IMG/VR virus record: IMGVR_UViG_3300013099_000021
Coordinates: 6,817-70,816 of that record
Reading direction: 5' to 3' (one strand)
Origin: a virus
Length of the DNA stretch: 64,000 nt
Position numbers and translations under genes: made by a program. The notes under the pieces are model-generated. The model was not told the origin of the DNA. It searched no databases and was given only the letters and a program-made list of their open reading frames with translations. Of this stretch, positions 7,081 through 16,831 are shown one piece after another. Each line of letters begins with the position of its first letter. Position 1 is the first letter of the stretch.

Positions 7081-7959
7081 TTACTCTATTTCGTTAACAA
7101 ATTTCTTTAATTCTGCCCTGTACTTGACAGTTTCCCGGGCCTGTACCACCTGCATCTGATTGTAGAGATCCTGGTTCCAAATATCCCATATGGCATCCTC
7201 ACACATCTGTTGGAGATCTGCCGGCTCAACAGCATCCAGTTCGACCTGTCCCAGGCCCTCCCAGTTAGCGGATCTGCTATCTCCATCCTTGATGGGTGCC
7301 GGTGGCAACCCTCGCTCGATCACATCAGACTCCATGAGGGCAATCCTCCGAACCTCAACCTCAATGCCCAACCGGTGTAGATTAGCTTCGATACTCCGTG
7401 GAATATCCTCTCCGGATGGATCATAGTCACCGAAGTATAGGATAATAGGACTGAACCCCCCGTTTGCTGCTGCTGAGAACCTTCGTGCAGCATCGTTGAG
7501 AAATGTTAATGATGGATACCCCTTACAGGCTCCCAGGGCAATATCCCATCGACCTGTGACCTTCTGAAATACTCCCTGTAATGCTTTTTTCTCAATGAAC
7601 ACCTCCGGATAGTACGGCTGCACCTCCCAACGGTTCTTTGAATAGAATTTCATCCAAGACTCAATCTGATCTTTGGCAGTTTCTATCGCTTCATCCACAT
7701 CGGTATATTCATTCGTAGTTTCACCGATCATCTCACGGTCATTGTCGGAGAAGGTATCAAAGTCAACACTCCCTTCCCAACGAGCCTCGATCATAGCTGA
7801 CACAACTCGCTTGTAGTGTTGAACGGAATTGGTCATCCCCCGGGAAACAAGCCGATAATGTAAACCCCGGATGGTGAGGATCCCTTTCTCATAGTTCTGG
7901 ATCTCTTCCAGAGCATTAGCCTTAATCCAGGTGCGGGTAAATTCATCTCTCTTTGCCAT
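7081..7959 (-). CDS. TopoVI-A/Spo11-like TOPRIM protein
   Basis: LTIRGLHYRL N-terminal Tyr motif; VFIEKKAL, KGYPS, YFGDYDPSGEDI, VELDA. Confidence 0.65.
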   Translation of the reverse strand: MAKRDEFTRTWIKANALEEIQNYEKGILTIRGLHYRLVSRGMTNSVQHYKRVVSAMIEARWEGSVDFDTFSDNDREMIGETTNEYTDVDEAIETAKDQIESWMKFYSKNRWEVQPYYPEVFIEKKALQGVFQKVTGRWDIALGACKGYPSLTFLNDAARRFSAAANGGFSPIILYFGDYDPSGEDIPRSIEANLHRLGIEVEVRRIALMESDVIERGLPPAPIKDGDSRSANWEGLGQVELDAVEPADLQQMCEDAIWDIWNQDLYNQMQVVQARETVKYRAELKKFVNEIE

Positions 7960-7961
7960 AG

Positions 7962-8399
7962 CTATTTGAACTTATTTAATTTGGTGATCTGAATTTGTAT
8001 GTATGGCTGCTCACCATAGATCTTATCTGAACAGATGTTGCAGATGCAGGAGTCATCCTTCCAGAAGATCCCATTCAGGGCATCGGCAACGAACTTGATC
8101 AGGTTATCAATATCTGGCTTCCCCGTATGCCACTTGGGGGCCACATCTCTCAGCAAATGGGCATTGGCTCCGGTACGGTAATGACCCTTTGGCCGGGAGA
8201 AGCAGAACGTCAGCTTAACGTGCAGTGGCTCATCCAATGGAACCTCTGGCTTATTCGCAATGGCTTTCACCAGGAAGTCTGCCTTATCGCCCTCTGAGGG
8301 ATCGTAGGTGCCCTTGAATTTACCTTTCTGGAAGGAACGGTGACGTTTAAGTGCCTGGGGCTTCCCAGGGATAATGAAATCAATGTCGTAAAAACTCAT
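7962..8399 (-). CDS. rusA: RusA Holliday junction resolvase
   Basis: KPDIDNLIKFVADALNGIFWKDD signature. Confidence 0.9.
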   Translation of the reverse strand: MSFYDIDFIIPGKPQALKRHRSFQKGKFKGTYDPSEGDKADFLVKAIANKPEVPLDEPLHVKLTFCFSRPKGHYRTGANAHLLRDVAPKWHTGKPDIDNLIKFVADALNGIFWKDDSCICNICSDKIYGEQPYIQIQITKLNKFK

Positions 8400-8665
8400 G
8401 GCTTCAATACTTTTATCATTAATATGAAATGCTTCTTGAACTCGCTCTTGGGGATTCTCTCAACCATCCCCATCCCTTTGTAGTTTGCAAGGAAGGTGTT
8501 TCGTGAGATCCGATAGATCCCATAGGTATGTGCCCTGCCCTTCTTCACCCGTCCCTGGTGAATACAGATCTGAATAGCATAATCGTTATCGGGATCAAAC
8601 TGGAAGTAACGCTCACCACGATAACCAAGATACTTTTTCTTTACCCTGTAATATTTATAGCTCAT
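8396..8665 (-). CDS. hypothetical phage protein
   Basis: translationally coupled ORF. Confidence 0.6.
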   Translation of the reverse strand: MSYKYYRVKKKYLGYRGERYFQFDPDNDYAIQICIHQGRVKKGRAHTYGIYRISRNTFLANYKGMGMVERIPKSEFKKHFILMIKVLKP

Positions 8666-8958
8666 CGCTGCTCCTTCCCTACCACCGTAAGATCCGTTGG
8701 TACAAATGATTTGATGATGCCGTTACTTATATGCTGGCAAATGCCAATAGTATATGTAACGGGTGTGCGCTGATTGCTGTCCACCAGGATCTCATAGGTC
8801 AGGCCCCAGTGAAGCAAGTAGTACATTTGCTCCTCATAGGCCAGTTCTTGAATCTTCCTGCTTGGTTCATCCATGATTTCGCCTTCTGTATCAAGGTAAT
8901 TGCCCTCGTTATCAGTCACCGGCTCCATCACTTTCACTACTGTCATAGTTTTTCCCAT
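8662..8958 (-). CDS. hypothetical phage protein
   Basis: coupled ORF. Confidence 0.6.
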   Translation of the reverse strand: MGKTMTVVKVMEPVTDNEGNYLDTEGEIMDEPSRKIQELAYEEQMYYLLHWGLTYEILVDSNQRTPVTYTIGICQHISNGIIKSFVPTDLTVVGKEQR

Positions 8959-9280
8959 CGTCCTCTACGTATTTCCATCTGAAACCTGCGGAGATCCCCG
9001 ACTTGGTTTTCCCCAATGCAGCTTTACTGATGCTTGTTTTGTTCATACTGAAAAATCGGGCAGCCTCAACGCAACTGTTCCAGACCTTGACAGGTGTGAC
9101 CCCATCCCGTTCCAGTTGAACGACAGGCTTCCGCTTGGTGTATTGTAATCGACCCTCATCATACCCTGCAGCCCATACACAGTGTAGGTAGGCCCAAAAG
9201 ATGTCCTCATCCTGCTCTCTCACCAATCCCAGGTCAACCAACTCGCCCAGGACCTTTTGTGCTACGATCTCTTGTCTCAT
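8912..9280 (-). CDS. NUMOD1-domain DNA-binding protein
   Basis: KPVVQL...VKVWNSCVEAAR...ISKAALGK..SAGFRWKY. Confidence 0.7.
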   Translation of the reverse strand: MRQEIVAQKVLGELVDLGLVREQDEDIFWAYLHCVWAAGYDEGRLQYTKRKPVVQLERDGVTPVKVWNSCVEAARFFSMNKTSISKAALGKTKSGISAGFRWKYVEDDGKNYDSSESDGAGD

Positions 9281-9545
9281 TGCCGAATATTGAATATAGG
9301 AACCCGTTGAGATTATGATAATCTCCACGCTTGTCTTTGGTTAAGTTATGGTACCTTTTTGCTTGTGGGAAGAGGTCCATAGTCGTTTTGTCATCAGAGA
9401 TTCGGATCTGCCAGTTCTGGATCATCTTACACTTCAGGCCATAGTCTTTGGCGAATTTATTTATCGCCTTAATGTGCCTGTTCTGCCTGCCCCTCCGGAT
9501 CTCCTTGCCTTTTTGCTGAAACTCTTTCCAATCATCAGTATCCAT
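9234..9545 (-). CDS. hypothetical phage protein
   Basis: ORF in operon. Confidence 0.6.
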   Translation of the reverse strand: MDTDDWKEFQQKGKEIRRGRQNRHIKAINKFAKDYGLKCKMIQNWQIRISDDKTTMDLFPQAKRYHNLTKDKRGDYHNLNGFLYSIFGNETRDRSTKGPGRVG

Positions 9546-9547
9546 CG

Positions 9548-10228
9548 TTACCTCCCTTTGTTTGGAATAGGGGTGATATTGTTCGCCATGTATAAGATCT
9601 TCGTGCTACCGGCTGCCCTGGCCCTGGCCTTGGTCATATCTAAAGCATACTCCCTCCGGGGCCACCTCAACTGACGGAGTGTGACTTTCTCATACTTCTC
9701 TTTCCAGTAAACATTACCAGTTATCAGATAGTTACGCCAATAGGTGTTCCCCCTTCTTCGTAGGTATCGGGGCATATCAACTGGCTCAATCCATGCTCCC
9801 GGAGATAAGTTACACCTAATCACCGCACAATTATACCAGGTGTAAGGATCTCTGGTCATACCGTGTTGAGTCCTAAATAGCCTGGGCTTTACTTTCTTTA
9901 AGTAGGCACCCCTTTCTTCATCAGAGGCGAATACAACAGGAAGCATCCTAAACCAATGGACGGTTTTCGACCAGCCATATTGCAACTTTTTTGTGGCAAT
10001 GAACTCCTCATTTCCCACATTGCAAGCATCGGGCCACCGCTTTTTTGCCATCAGGAGTTTGTACATGATAGGTATGAAAAAGGGATCACCAGTCTTTACT
10101 GTCCACTCACCCATGTTGGAAACAGCATCACCGATCCCATTTGGATAGAACCCATATAGATCTTTTTCCCAGTCGGGTGACTGGTGCCGAAATATTCCAT
10201 GCTCTTCAAAATAGACTGCCTCTGCCAT
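9548..10228 (-). CDS. hypothetical protein (Trp/Arg-rich)
   Basis: 226-aa ORF, TAATG coupling to yqaJ-like gene. Confidence 0.65.
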   Translation of the reverse strand: MAEAVYFEEHGIFRHQSPDWEKDLYGFYPNGIGDAVSNMGEWTVKTGDPFFIPIMYKLLMAKKRWPDACNVGNEEFIATKKLQYGWSKTVHWFRMLPVVFASDEERGAYLKKVKPRLFRTQHGMTRDPYTWYNCAVIRCNLSPGAWIEPVDMPRYLRRRGNTYWRNYLITGNVYWKEKYEKVTLRQLRWPRREYALDMTKARARAAGSTKILYMANNITPIPNKGR

Positions 10229-11331
10229 TAGAATGATTTTTGGTCTAATTTCTCAAATTGCGCTTCGATATAATCTTCAGAAGGATTCTCCTTGGTGCGA
10301 TTGTTATAGGTCCTGCTCTTGGCTCCCTTTCGCTCAGACCAGTTGACAACACCTAACTTGCCGAAGTCGATGCTCTCTGCTCCGTTGTTACCCAGGAATT
10401 GAATAAACTTATTCTTTATGCCGGTACGCTCCTTATCGATCCGACCTTTAATTTTTTTCAGGAAGTTGTCACGCTTGGCTATGGCATACAGTTCCATCGT
10501 GCCATCCACCCTCTCACGCTCCTTAATGAACTTCTCCTCCATAAAGTCCTTATACCCCTCCGAATCGTCTGGATCCGGCTCTACTCTCTGGATCTCGGCC
10601 TCCCATCTCTCACTCTCTGCCACATCACCTTCCATGTCTGCTGTTTCACGGTTTTCTAGCGCCTTTTGGCCCGGGACCACCCGATTGTACCAGAAAGCCT
10701 TAGATATAGTAAGGATCCTCTCAACAAGAGCCTCATCCCGGTCTATCTTCTCTACTTTTAACCGGCCACCATCAACGAGCATTACTATCTCCGCATAGTC
10801 AGCGTCCAAAATGGCCATGTACGTGTGGATCTGTGCCAAATGATAGATAGGCATACCGTCCTCCCACATCTTCGACACCCAGTAGCTCATGTTCTTACAT
10901 TCCAAAATAGCCTCCTTCTCCAATGGTTCTCCGGAGTTCAGATTGAAGCCACCCTCGATGTTGATCAGCCGGTCCAGGGATCCAAACAACCAGGGATAAT
11001 CAGGATTGACAATATACCCGTTGATGCTCCTACACTTCCGTACAATCTTACCATTGGTGCAGTTCTCCACATAACCATCCTGTGTCCCATCGTAATACTG
11101 CCACACCCGGGCAATATTCTCCTCATTGGTCCTTCCCCAAAACATAGCCTCATTATCATTACGTCTGGCAGGTATGGTGCCAATCTTCTCATGGAACAGC
11201 CGGACTGCAGTATCATATTTGTTGATTCCAAGGATCGTTCCCATCTCAGAACCTCCTATCCCTCGCTTCCGGAAGTCATACCATTCGTCAGTGTGATGGG
11301 GTATTGTGTGTATTTCAAGATCTTGTCTCAT
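10228..11331 (-). CDS. YqaJ/lambda-exonuclease-family recombinase nuclease
   Basis: EWYDFRKRGIGGSE, GSLDR, ILECKN, YHLAQIHTYM. Confidence 0.9.
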   Translation of the reverse strand: MRQDLEIHTIPHHTDEWYDFRKRGIGGSEMGTILGINKYDTAVRLFHEKIGTIPARRNDNEAMFWGRTNEENIARVWQYYDGTQDGYVENCTNGKIVRKCRSINGYIVNPDYPWLFGSLDRLINIEGGFNLNSGEPLEKEAILECKNMSYWVSKMWEDGMPIYHLAQIHTYMAILDADYAEIVMLVDGGRLKVEKIDRDEALVERILTISKAFWYNRVVPGQKALENRETADMEGDVAESERWEAEIQRVEPDPDDSEGYKDFMEEKFIKERERVDGTMELYAIAKRDNFLKKIKGRIDKERTGIKNKFIQFLGNNGAESIDFGKLGVVNWSERKGAKSRTYNNRTKENPSEDYIEAQFEKLDQKSF

Positions 11332-11332
11332 A

Positions 11333-11623
11333 TTAATTCTCTTTTACGTTATCCTGAATAGTACGAACATTGGTCGCAATACGCTTTTGGACTTCATCAC
11401 TTTCTACCCACATCTTTTTGTTTCGTATAATAGAAACTTGAATTTGATATTCCTTGCCTGAAACAGGCGAGGTGACTTCTCCTGCTGCGTTCACAAGGTC
11501 ATAATCCATTAACTTTTCTTTCCTGTAAATCTTCCCTTCTACTGAAAAAAGAATGGTGACACATTCTAGTAATGCTTCGGTAAGATTTTTTGCCGCTTTA
11601 AGTTGTTCCGAATCTAATTTCAT
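11333..11623 (-). CDS. hypothetical protein
   Basis: coupled ORF, AT-rich. Confidence 0.55.
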   Translation of the reverse strand: MKLDSEQLKAAKNLTEALLECVTILFSVEGKIYRKEKLMDYDLVNAAGEVTSPVSGKEYQIQVSIIRNKKMWVESDEVQKRIATNVRTIQDNVKEN

Positions 11624-12087
11624 AATTTTTCGATTTGTTTAGGTGGGTTTAAATCCAGTTCCAGGGGCTTGACTGCAGCATATATCCTGAACCAAATAGT
11701 TTGCATGATTTCTTGCTGCTTAACCATTATCTCCACTGGCTGCATACCATGAACGGAGATTTTGTTGTACCACTCAGCATAGATCTCTGTCAGCATATCG
11801 GTTTGCCCCTCATGCGTCATTATCAGGTCTGTCATGGCATGGTGTAATGCGGAGAAGTTAATCAGTTCGCCCTCGATGCGCTTATACTTTGCTACGGCAC
11901 GATCCTTCTCCCCCTTTTTCCACTTGTATTTAGGGTCCTCTAAGATCTTCTGCGCCTCCTCCGCTTTCTTAATAAGGGGATCCAGATAGGTAACCTTAAA
12001 TTGCTGCAGCATCTTGGCTGCTTTCCAGTTATTTACCATGATTGAAAAATATTTGCTCCTCGATGATGAAGTGGTGTTCAACGCCAT
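11620..12087 (-). CDS. hypothetical helical protein
   Basis: ORF in operon; true start may be MVNNW near 12039. Confidence 0.6.
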   Translation of the reverse strand: MALNTTSSSRSKYFSIMVNNWKAAKMLQQFKVTYLDPLIKKAEEAQKILEDPKYKWKKGEKDRAVAKYKRIEGELINFSALHHAMTDLIMTHEGQTDMLTEIYAEWYNKISVHGMQPVEIMVKQQEIMQTIWFRIYAAVKPLELDLNPPKQIEKL

Positions 12088-12283
12088 CGATATTAATTAT
12101 GCTGGCACCCTTGCGTTTGTACTCAACATTATCCCCTTGTGAAGTTATCCTGCAACCAGGACCACAATCCACAACCCTCCCAGTATTGGGTTTATCCTTA
12201 ACAGCGGGATTGATAATGCCCCCCTTGGTCTGCTCCGGAGTCTCATCCGGAAGTATAAGTATTGCTTTGCCTTGTATTTTCAT
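12029..12283 (-). CDS. GroES-like co-chaperonin
   Basis: EQTKGGIINP...GRVVDCGPG...GDNVEY...IDGVEHHFIIEEQI. Confidence 0.85.
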   Translation of the reverse strand: MKIQGKAILILPDETPEQTKGGIINPAVKDKPNTGRVVDCGPGCRITSQGDNVEYKRKGASIINIDGVEHHFIIEEQIFFNHGK

Positions 12284-12289
12284 AGTTTG

Positions 12290-12514
12290 TCAATTAAAAT
12301 ATGCTAACTCAACTTGCAGAACTTCCAACTGCTCCCTCTTTTCTGGTGAATGACCGCCTCCGGAAAAGAACTCTCCGGATCCGACAATAAACGCTTCTGT
12401 TGCGCCTTTCTCTGTGCGATACTCAGTTTTCAGGCATAGAGTTGTTTCACAAATAAATAAACTACCGGCTGATAGCTTCCCCAGTGTCGTTACTTTCTTA
12501 ATAGTCATTTTCAT
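12290..12514 (-). CDS. hypothetical protein
   Basis: ATG preceded by TCAAAGCT. Confidence 0.6.
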   Translation of the reverse strand: MKMTIKKVTTLGKLSAGSLFICETTLCLKTEYRTEKGATEAFIVGSGEFFSGGGHSPEKREQLEVLQVELAYFN

Positions 12515-12523
12515 AGCTTTGAT

Positions 12524-14506
12524 TTAAAATGGTAAGTCATCATCGTCTGGATCATCGAACATCTTTGATTGCTGTATTCGATTATCAGGATGTGCAATTT
12601 CCTCTTCTTTTTCCTCAACTACTTTCTTCGCTCTACTGACAACGGAGAACCTTCCCCACGTACTCATCTCCATCTTCACCCTGTTCTCATGGCCCAGTTC
12701 CTCAAACCGGATCTTCTCAGTCCGTATAATAGTGGGTGCCTTCTCAACGACCTCGTACTTCTCATCCTCATCACAGGTGCCAAGATCAAGCCCCAGTGGA
12801 TTGTAGTCATTGGTGTACTTCTTCATCTTGTACCGGTGGATCAGAACTCCGATGTCAGCTTTCTCCTTCCAGGCAGAGGATCCCTTAATGTCATAAAGTG
12901 ACGGCATCCGGTAATTCTCACCGGTCATCTCGATCTTCTTCGGATGAACAATCACATTACCAAACATCTCCCAGTAATCATTGAAATCGATCATACGGTC
13001 CAGTTGCTCACTGATAAACTGTGTCTCGGTCTGCCACTTTGGTTGTTGATGCTCGATCTTATTCCAGGCATCGATCACATAGCCGAAGATGTTCTCAGTC
13101 TTTTTCAGATAGACCAGATACTTCTGGATGGAGTCAAGGGTGTTCACCTTGTCCGGTGTCAGTTGACCCCCGAAATCCTCATATCGAGTCTTGTTGGGTG
13201 CGATGATGAAGAAATGCTTCTCAGCAAACCGCATGGCTTTCTGATACATCTCATCGCTCATACTGTTGTGCTGGCCCTTCTGGATGGACATCCCTGTTAA
13301 CGCCTCGGCAATCTTAGCATACTCCCTGGCCACTGGCCGGTTCTCCGGAGTGAACATCGCCCACTTCAATCCTAAATCATCATTGTGCTTGATCATCTCA
13401 GTAAGCCACCACCGTACCCACACACTCTTTCCGGATCCCGGAACACCTGTGGTAAACTGGATGAGCTTCTGCTTAACAGTGAACAGGAAATCAACCTCCT
13501 CAACGCCACACCCTAACCCTGGGGTAAACCCTCCATCTCGTAGTTTTTGGAGATCATCACGTACCTGGGAGGCTTTGATCACACCAGCAATAGGTACAGA
13601 TGTGGAATTTTGCATACAGTCATCAACACCTTTCTTCCCCAGTGCAAGCAGCTTCTTTTTCTCATCACCCATAAAGACCTCGTTAATGTCCTTATAGCCC
13701 ACTGGGTACCGGATGATCCTGCACTTGTCCTTGCCCAGTAAGATTGATAGATGGTGCCTCAACACTCTCCCTGCAGCATCATTGTCCACCGCAAGGTAGA
13801 ATATGTCGATGTCCTTCAATATGCTGATCACGTACTTGTCCTCCAACCAAGCAAACTCCTTATCAAAGGTCTTGCTCTTTGCCGATGGCGCTCCCTGGGG
13901 CACTGATACTGTATTGATATAATCACACTCTTTCCAAGTCAACATATCCCACTCACCCTCTGTAATGATCAGTATGTTGTTGTTGTACTTCTGGCCCTGG
14001 TCATTATGGGTTTTAATGTTTTGCAGCCCGAAAGGAATTATCTTGGTGCCAATCTTCTTCGGCAACTGGGTCCACTTAGGATACTTGTTCCCCTTCTTCC
14101 AATCCATGTCCAGGAACTTCACGTTCACCAGAGTCAGGTTCATAAAATAAGGGAACCCGATAATTGTAGCCGGTCCCCTCTGTGATTCATACAATCGAGC
14201 TTCCTTTGCCGTCTTGATGCTGATCCCTCGCTTCATTATATAATCCCGGACCTTCATCGTGAAAGCCTTCTGAACATTCGGGATCTTACTATCCGCCCTC
14301 ACTTGCTCATACTTGTCTTGTGCATCCAAGTTCCCGGACCACCCACAATGATGGCACTTATACCACCTGTTCCCAATCTCATCGTTAACAGTCAAGCAAC
14401 GGGCACCTTTGTGCCTCTCCCTGGTGTTATCGCACTCGGGACAAATCGTGTAATAACGTGTCTGCCCTGTCCTGGTCTGGATCCTTAAATCTTCAAACTG
14501 CATCAT
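12524..14506 (-). CDS. T7 gp4/Twinkle-like primase-helicase
   Basis: Zn finger CPEC..CHHC, TOPRIM EGEWD/DND/KDINE, Walker A GVPGSGKS, GSSAWKEKAD. Confidence 0.92.
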   Translation of the reverse strand: MMQFEDLRIQTRTGQTRYYTICPECDNTRERHKGARCLTVNDEIGNRWYKCHHCGWSGNLDAQDKYEQVRADSKIPNVQKAFTMKVRDYIMKRGISIKTAKEARLYESQRGPATIIGFPYFMNLTLVNVKFLDMDWKKGNKYPKWTQLPKKIGTKIIPFGLQNIKTHNDQGQKYNNNILIITEGEWDMLTWKECDYINTVSVPQGAPSAKSKTFDKEFAWLEDKYVISILKDIDIFYLAVDNDAAGRVLRHHLSILLGKDKCRIIRYPVGYKDINEVFMGDEKKKLLALGKKGVDDCMQNSTSVPIAGVIKASQVRDDLQKLRDGGFTPGLGCGVEEVDFLFTVKQKLIQFTTGVPGSGKSVWVRWWLTEMIKHNDDLGLKWAMFTPENRPVAREYAKIAEALTGMSIQKGQHNSMSDEMYQKAMRFAEKHFFIIAPNKTRYEDFGGQLTPDKVNTLDSIQKYLVYLKKTENIFGYVIDAWNKIEHQQPKWQTETQFISEQLDRMIDFNDYWEMFGNVIVHPKKIEMTGENYRMPSLYDIKGSSAWKEKADIGVLIHRYKMKKYTNDYNPLGLDLGTCDEDEKYEVVEKAPTIIRTEKIRFEELGHENRVKMEMSTWGRFSVVSRAKKVVEEKEEEIAHPDNRIQQSKMFDDPDDDDLPF

Positions 14507-14832
14507 GGTAGCATGGCCTCACTCTTCTCGTTACGAACAATGAACTTAGGACCCATCCCTGCAAGATCAGCAAACGGATAGGTGTAATCCAACTCCGTCA
14601 CCAGTTCCTCATTCCGGTAAGCCGGTCTGGTCTTGTTGGTGATGGTACTCTCCTTAAACCCTGTGAGGTCACTGAACTGCTTCGTGGTCCAGATGTTGTG
14701 TCTCAGGATCTCAGTTATGGCAGCCCTATGCTCATTGTCCAACCCCCTTACATCCATAACCCTGTCGATCAGCTCATCATCTTTCTTGACAAGCCTGATG
14801 GGTGCTTTTACTATTCCAATTTTATGACTCAT
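14503..14832 (-). CDS. putative HTH DNA-binding protein
   Basis: WTTKQFSDLTGFKESTIT HTH-like segment. Confidence 0.5.
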   Translation of the reverse strand: MSHKIGIVKAPIRLVKKDDELIDRVMDVRGLDNEHRAAITEILRHNIWTTKQFSDLTGFKESTITNKTRPAYRNEELVTELDYTYPFADLAGMGPKFIVRNEKSEAMLP

Positions 14833-14843
14833 ATCGTTATAAT

Positions 14844-15284
14844 TTACAGTTTTAAGATTAAACCCAATCCTATACCAAGTAACACTATCCTGGTCCAGAA
14901 ATGAAATGGGAATGGTGGCTGTTTTCCCATCAACTTCCGGAGGAACTTATCATACAATTTCGTTTTACCGATGTACTTCCAATCCAGACCGGCACAAATA
15001 TTATGGATCCAATCAAATAATCCATACCTCAATGCAAGCCATCCAACTACAAGCTGCAAGACCAACCATCTCCAAAAATGCCAAGGGCTTGCCAGATAGT
15101 CATCATAATGATCAGAGTATATCAGGAATAGTATGATTGTAACCATTCCTGTTAGTTTCACCATTTCCACCAGACCAGCAATGGTGCCAAGTCTGGCGCT
15201 TCCTTCATTCTTACCACGCAGGGCCAGCCCCTCATGAATAGCCTCCATGATGGTTAAGAATAATATAATTGTAAGTAATATCAT
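14844..15284 (-). CDS. multi-pass membrane protein
   Basis: 3-4 hydrophobic segments. Confidence 0.6.
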   Translation of the reverse strand: MILLTIILFLTIMEAIHEGLALRGKNEGSARLGTIAGLVEMVKLTGMVTIILFLIYSDHYDDYLASPWHFWRWLVLQLVVGWLALRYGLFDWIHNICAGLDWKYIGKTKLYDKFLRKLMGKQPPFPFHFWTRIVLLGIGLGLILKL

Positions 15285-15288
15285 TTAG

Positions 15289-15319
15289 CAAATGTATTTA
15301 TTATATTCCTTTAAACAAA
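15289..15319 (-). promoter_or_regulatory. Bacteroidota primary-sigma promoter for the replication operon
   Basis: TTTG-N19-TACATTTG matches the -33/-7 consensus (TTTG / TAnnTTTG), immediately downstream of a terminator. Confidence 0.7.
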
Positions 15320-15330
15320 TTCTTTTTGAC

Positions 15331-15361
15331 AAAAAAAAAGGGACCCGAATTGGATCCCCTT
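15331..15361 (-). terminator. terminator ending the late (structural/lysis) operon
   Basis: GGGATCC-AATTC-GGGTCCC-TTTTTTTTT. Confidence 0.8.
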
Positions 15362-15382
15362 GACCGTACCATAATACGCAGA

Positions 15383-16126
15383 TTAACCTCCACCGATTGC
15401 AAACACCGCAAGGATCACCAAGATAACTCCCGTAGTCACCTGCCAAAAGGTTTTCCCTCGACTTTTCTTCTTGATCTGCTCGTCCTGGATCCCTATCATC
15501 TCATCCTTATTTATGATGATACTGTCAAGATCCTGTCTGCTTTCGGCCATAATCATCATTGACTTGGCCTGTTCATAGACAACCGTATCCTTCACTACCA
15601 ACTGGTAATCCTTCTCATCGATCTGAGAAAGGAGGTTCTGGTTCATATCGTACAATGATTCTTTTTCAAGAAATGTAAGATGGAAGCCTTTTACCTGTGG
15701 TTCGTTAAAAGGATACTTCAAATGACCTGGGTACGGGTACGCCTCGTACATCAGGAAGTGATAACTGGCATCCGATGGTATTGTGAGTAGGCTATCGGAC
15801 AAATGCTCGTATTCATGCTCTAATGAGCTATAATCGTATTCAAGATCATCGACACGCATCAGGGATACCCCCAGGCTGTCTTTCAGTTCCTCGATCCGGA
15901 GATCCCGGGCAACCAATAGGCTGTCCCTCTCCTTCACATCCTCAAACAGAATATCGTTCCTGACGTTGAGGCCGGTGATTCTCTCAACCATTTCTTCCAT
16001 ATCTGCTCTGTCGCATCCACTTCGGAATAGTGAGATGACAAAAAACGTGATCAGGACCAATAAGCCTATGGTTTTAATCCTGCCCAGGTTCTTGCCAATC
16101 CAATCTATGATCTTGCCAAGGGTCAT
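15383..16126 (-). CDS. spanin-like coiled-coil membrane protein
   Basis: N- and C-terminal TM segments, coiled coil, located after holin. Confidence 0.5.
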   Translation of the reverse strand: MTLGKIIDWIGKNLGRIKTIGLLVLITFFVISLFRSGCDRADMEEMVERITGLNVRNDILFEDVKERDSLLVARDLRIEELKDSLGVSLMRVDDLEYDYSSLEHEYEHLSDSLLTIPSDASYHFLMYEAYPYPGHLKYPFNEPQVKGFHLTFLEKESLYDMNQNLLSQIDEKDYQLVVKDTVVYEQAKSMMIMAESRQDLDSIIINKDEMIGIQDEQIKKKSRGKTFWQVTTGVILVILAVFAIGGG

Positions 16127-16356
16127 TTGTCTGATGTTACAAGGGTGCCCTCGTTGTTCTCAAACAGATTCTTTAAGAGGTATGCCAATACCGTTGCAAT
16201 AGCAACCATGCCGGCTTTCTTCAGAATCTCAACATCCAGGGGTACTCCTGTCTGGATCATGTTATAGAAGAAAGTGATTACAGCCGTAACAACTGCGAGT
16301 AAGAGGCCCTTCAATAGGTCCCTCCAGTTCAAGGTTAAAAAACTTGATCGTTTCAT
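16123..16356 (-). CDS. holin
   Basis: 77 aa, two TM helices, LNWRDLLKGLLLAV...AYLLKN pattern, next to putative endolysin. Confidence 0.7.
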   Translation of the reverse strand: MKRSSFLTLNWRDLLKGLLLAVVTAVITFFYNMIQTGVPLDVEILKKAGMVAIATVLAYLLKNLFENNEGTLVTSDK

Positions 16357-16397
16357 AGTGATGTTATTTTGGTTTATACAATGTTACAATAAAATAC

Positions 16398-16829
16398 TTA
16401 AACTATCTCAATAGTGATTTCTTCACCCCGCTTTGTGGCAGCCTTCAGTTCCCTGACAATGATTCGTTCGTACCCTGTTGAATAGAGAACCTTCCCCTTC
16501 TCTTTATTCTCTCCGGGTAGAATACATCCATGGGTATCTTTCGCTGTGTTGCCACGGTGGATCCTTATGCCTGTAAAATGTTTCACGTTCAGTACCATTG
16601 GGAGAAGCCTCTTAAACTTTGGTGACATACTCAACTCAACATCATAGGTCCCGAATGGAATAGCTGTCTCGCCAAAGACTTTCCCTTCCCCTGGGTCATC
16701 GAGATCTCCATCCCGGTTCACATCCCTCACCTTGTCCTCAATGGTATCACAGAGATATTTCCCATCAATGGAAAGAGATCCGATTGTGTAATGGGATCCC
16801 TGATACCTCCTTTTTAGCAGAAGTTTCAT
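16398..16829 (-). CDS. DUF5675-family putative endolysin/peptidase
   Basis: YTIGSL..CDTIED..TAIPFGTY..GIRIHRGNT..DTHGCILPG. Confidence 0.8.
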   Translation of the reverse strand: MKLLLKRRYQGSHYTIGSLSIDGKYLCDTIEDKVRDVNRDGDLDDPGEGKVFGETAIPFGTYDVELSMSPKFKRLLPMVLNVKHFTGIRIHRGNTAKDTHGCILPGENKEKGKVLYSTGYERIIVRELKAATKRGEEITIEIV

Positions 16830-16831
16830 AA

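Noticed and set aside
15626-15655. Block A resembling LYDMNQNLLS in the spanin-like gene
   Set aside because: Only 15/20 at codon positions 1-2, roughly what chance gives over 128 kb of both strands
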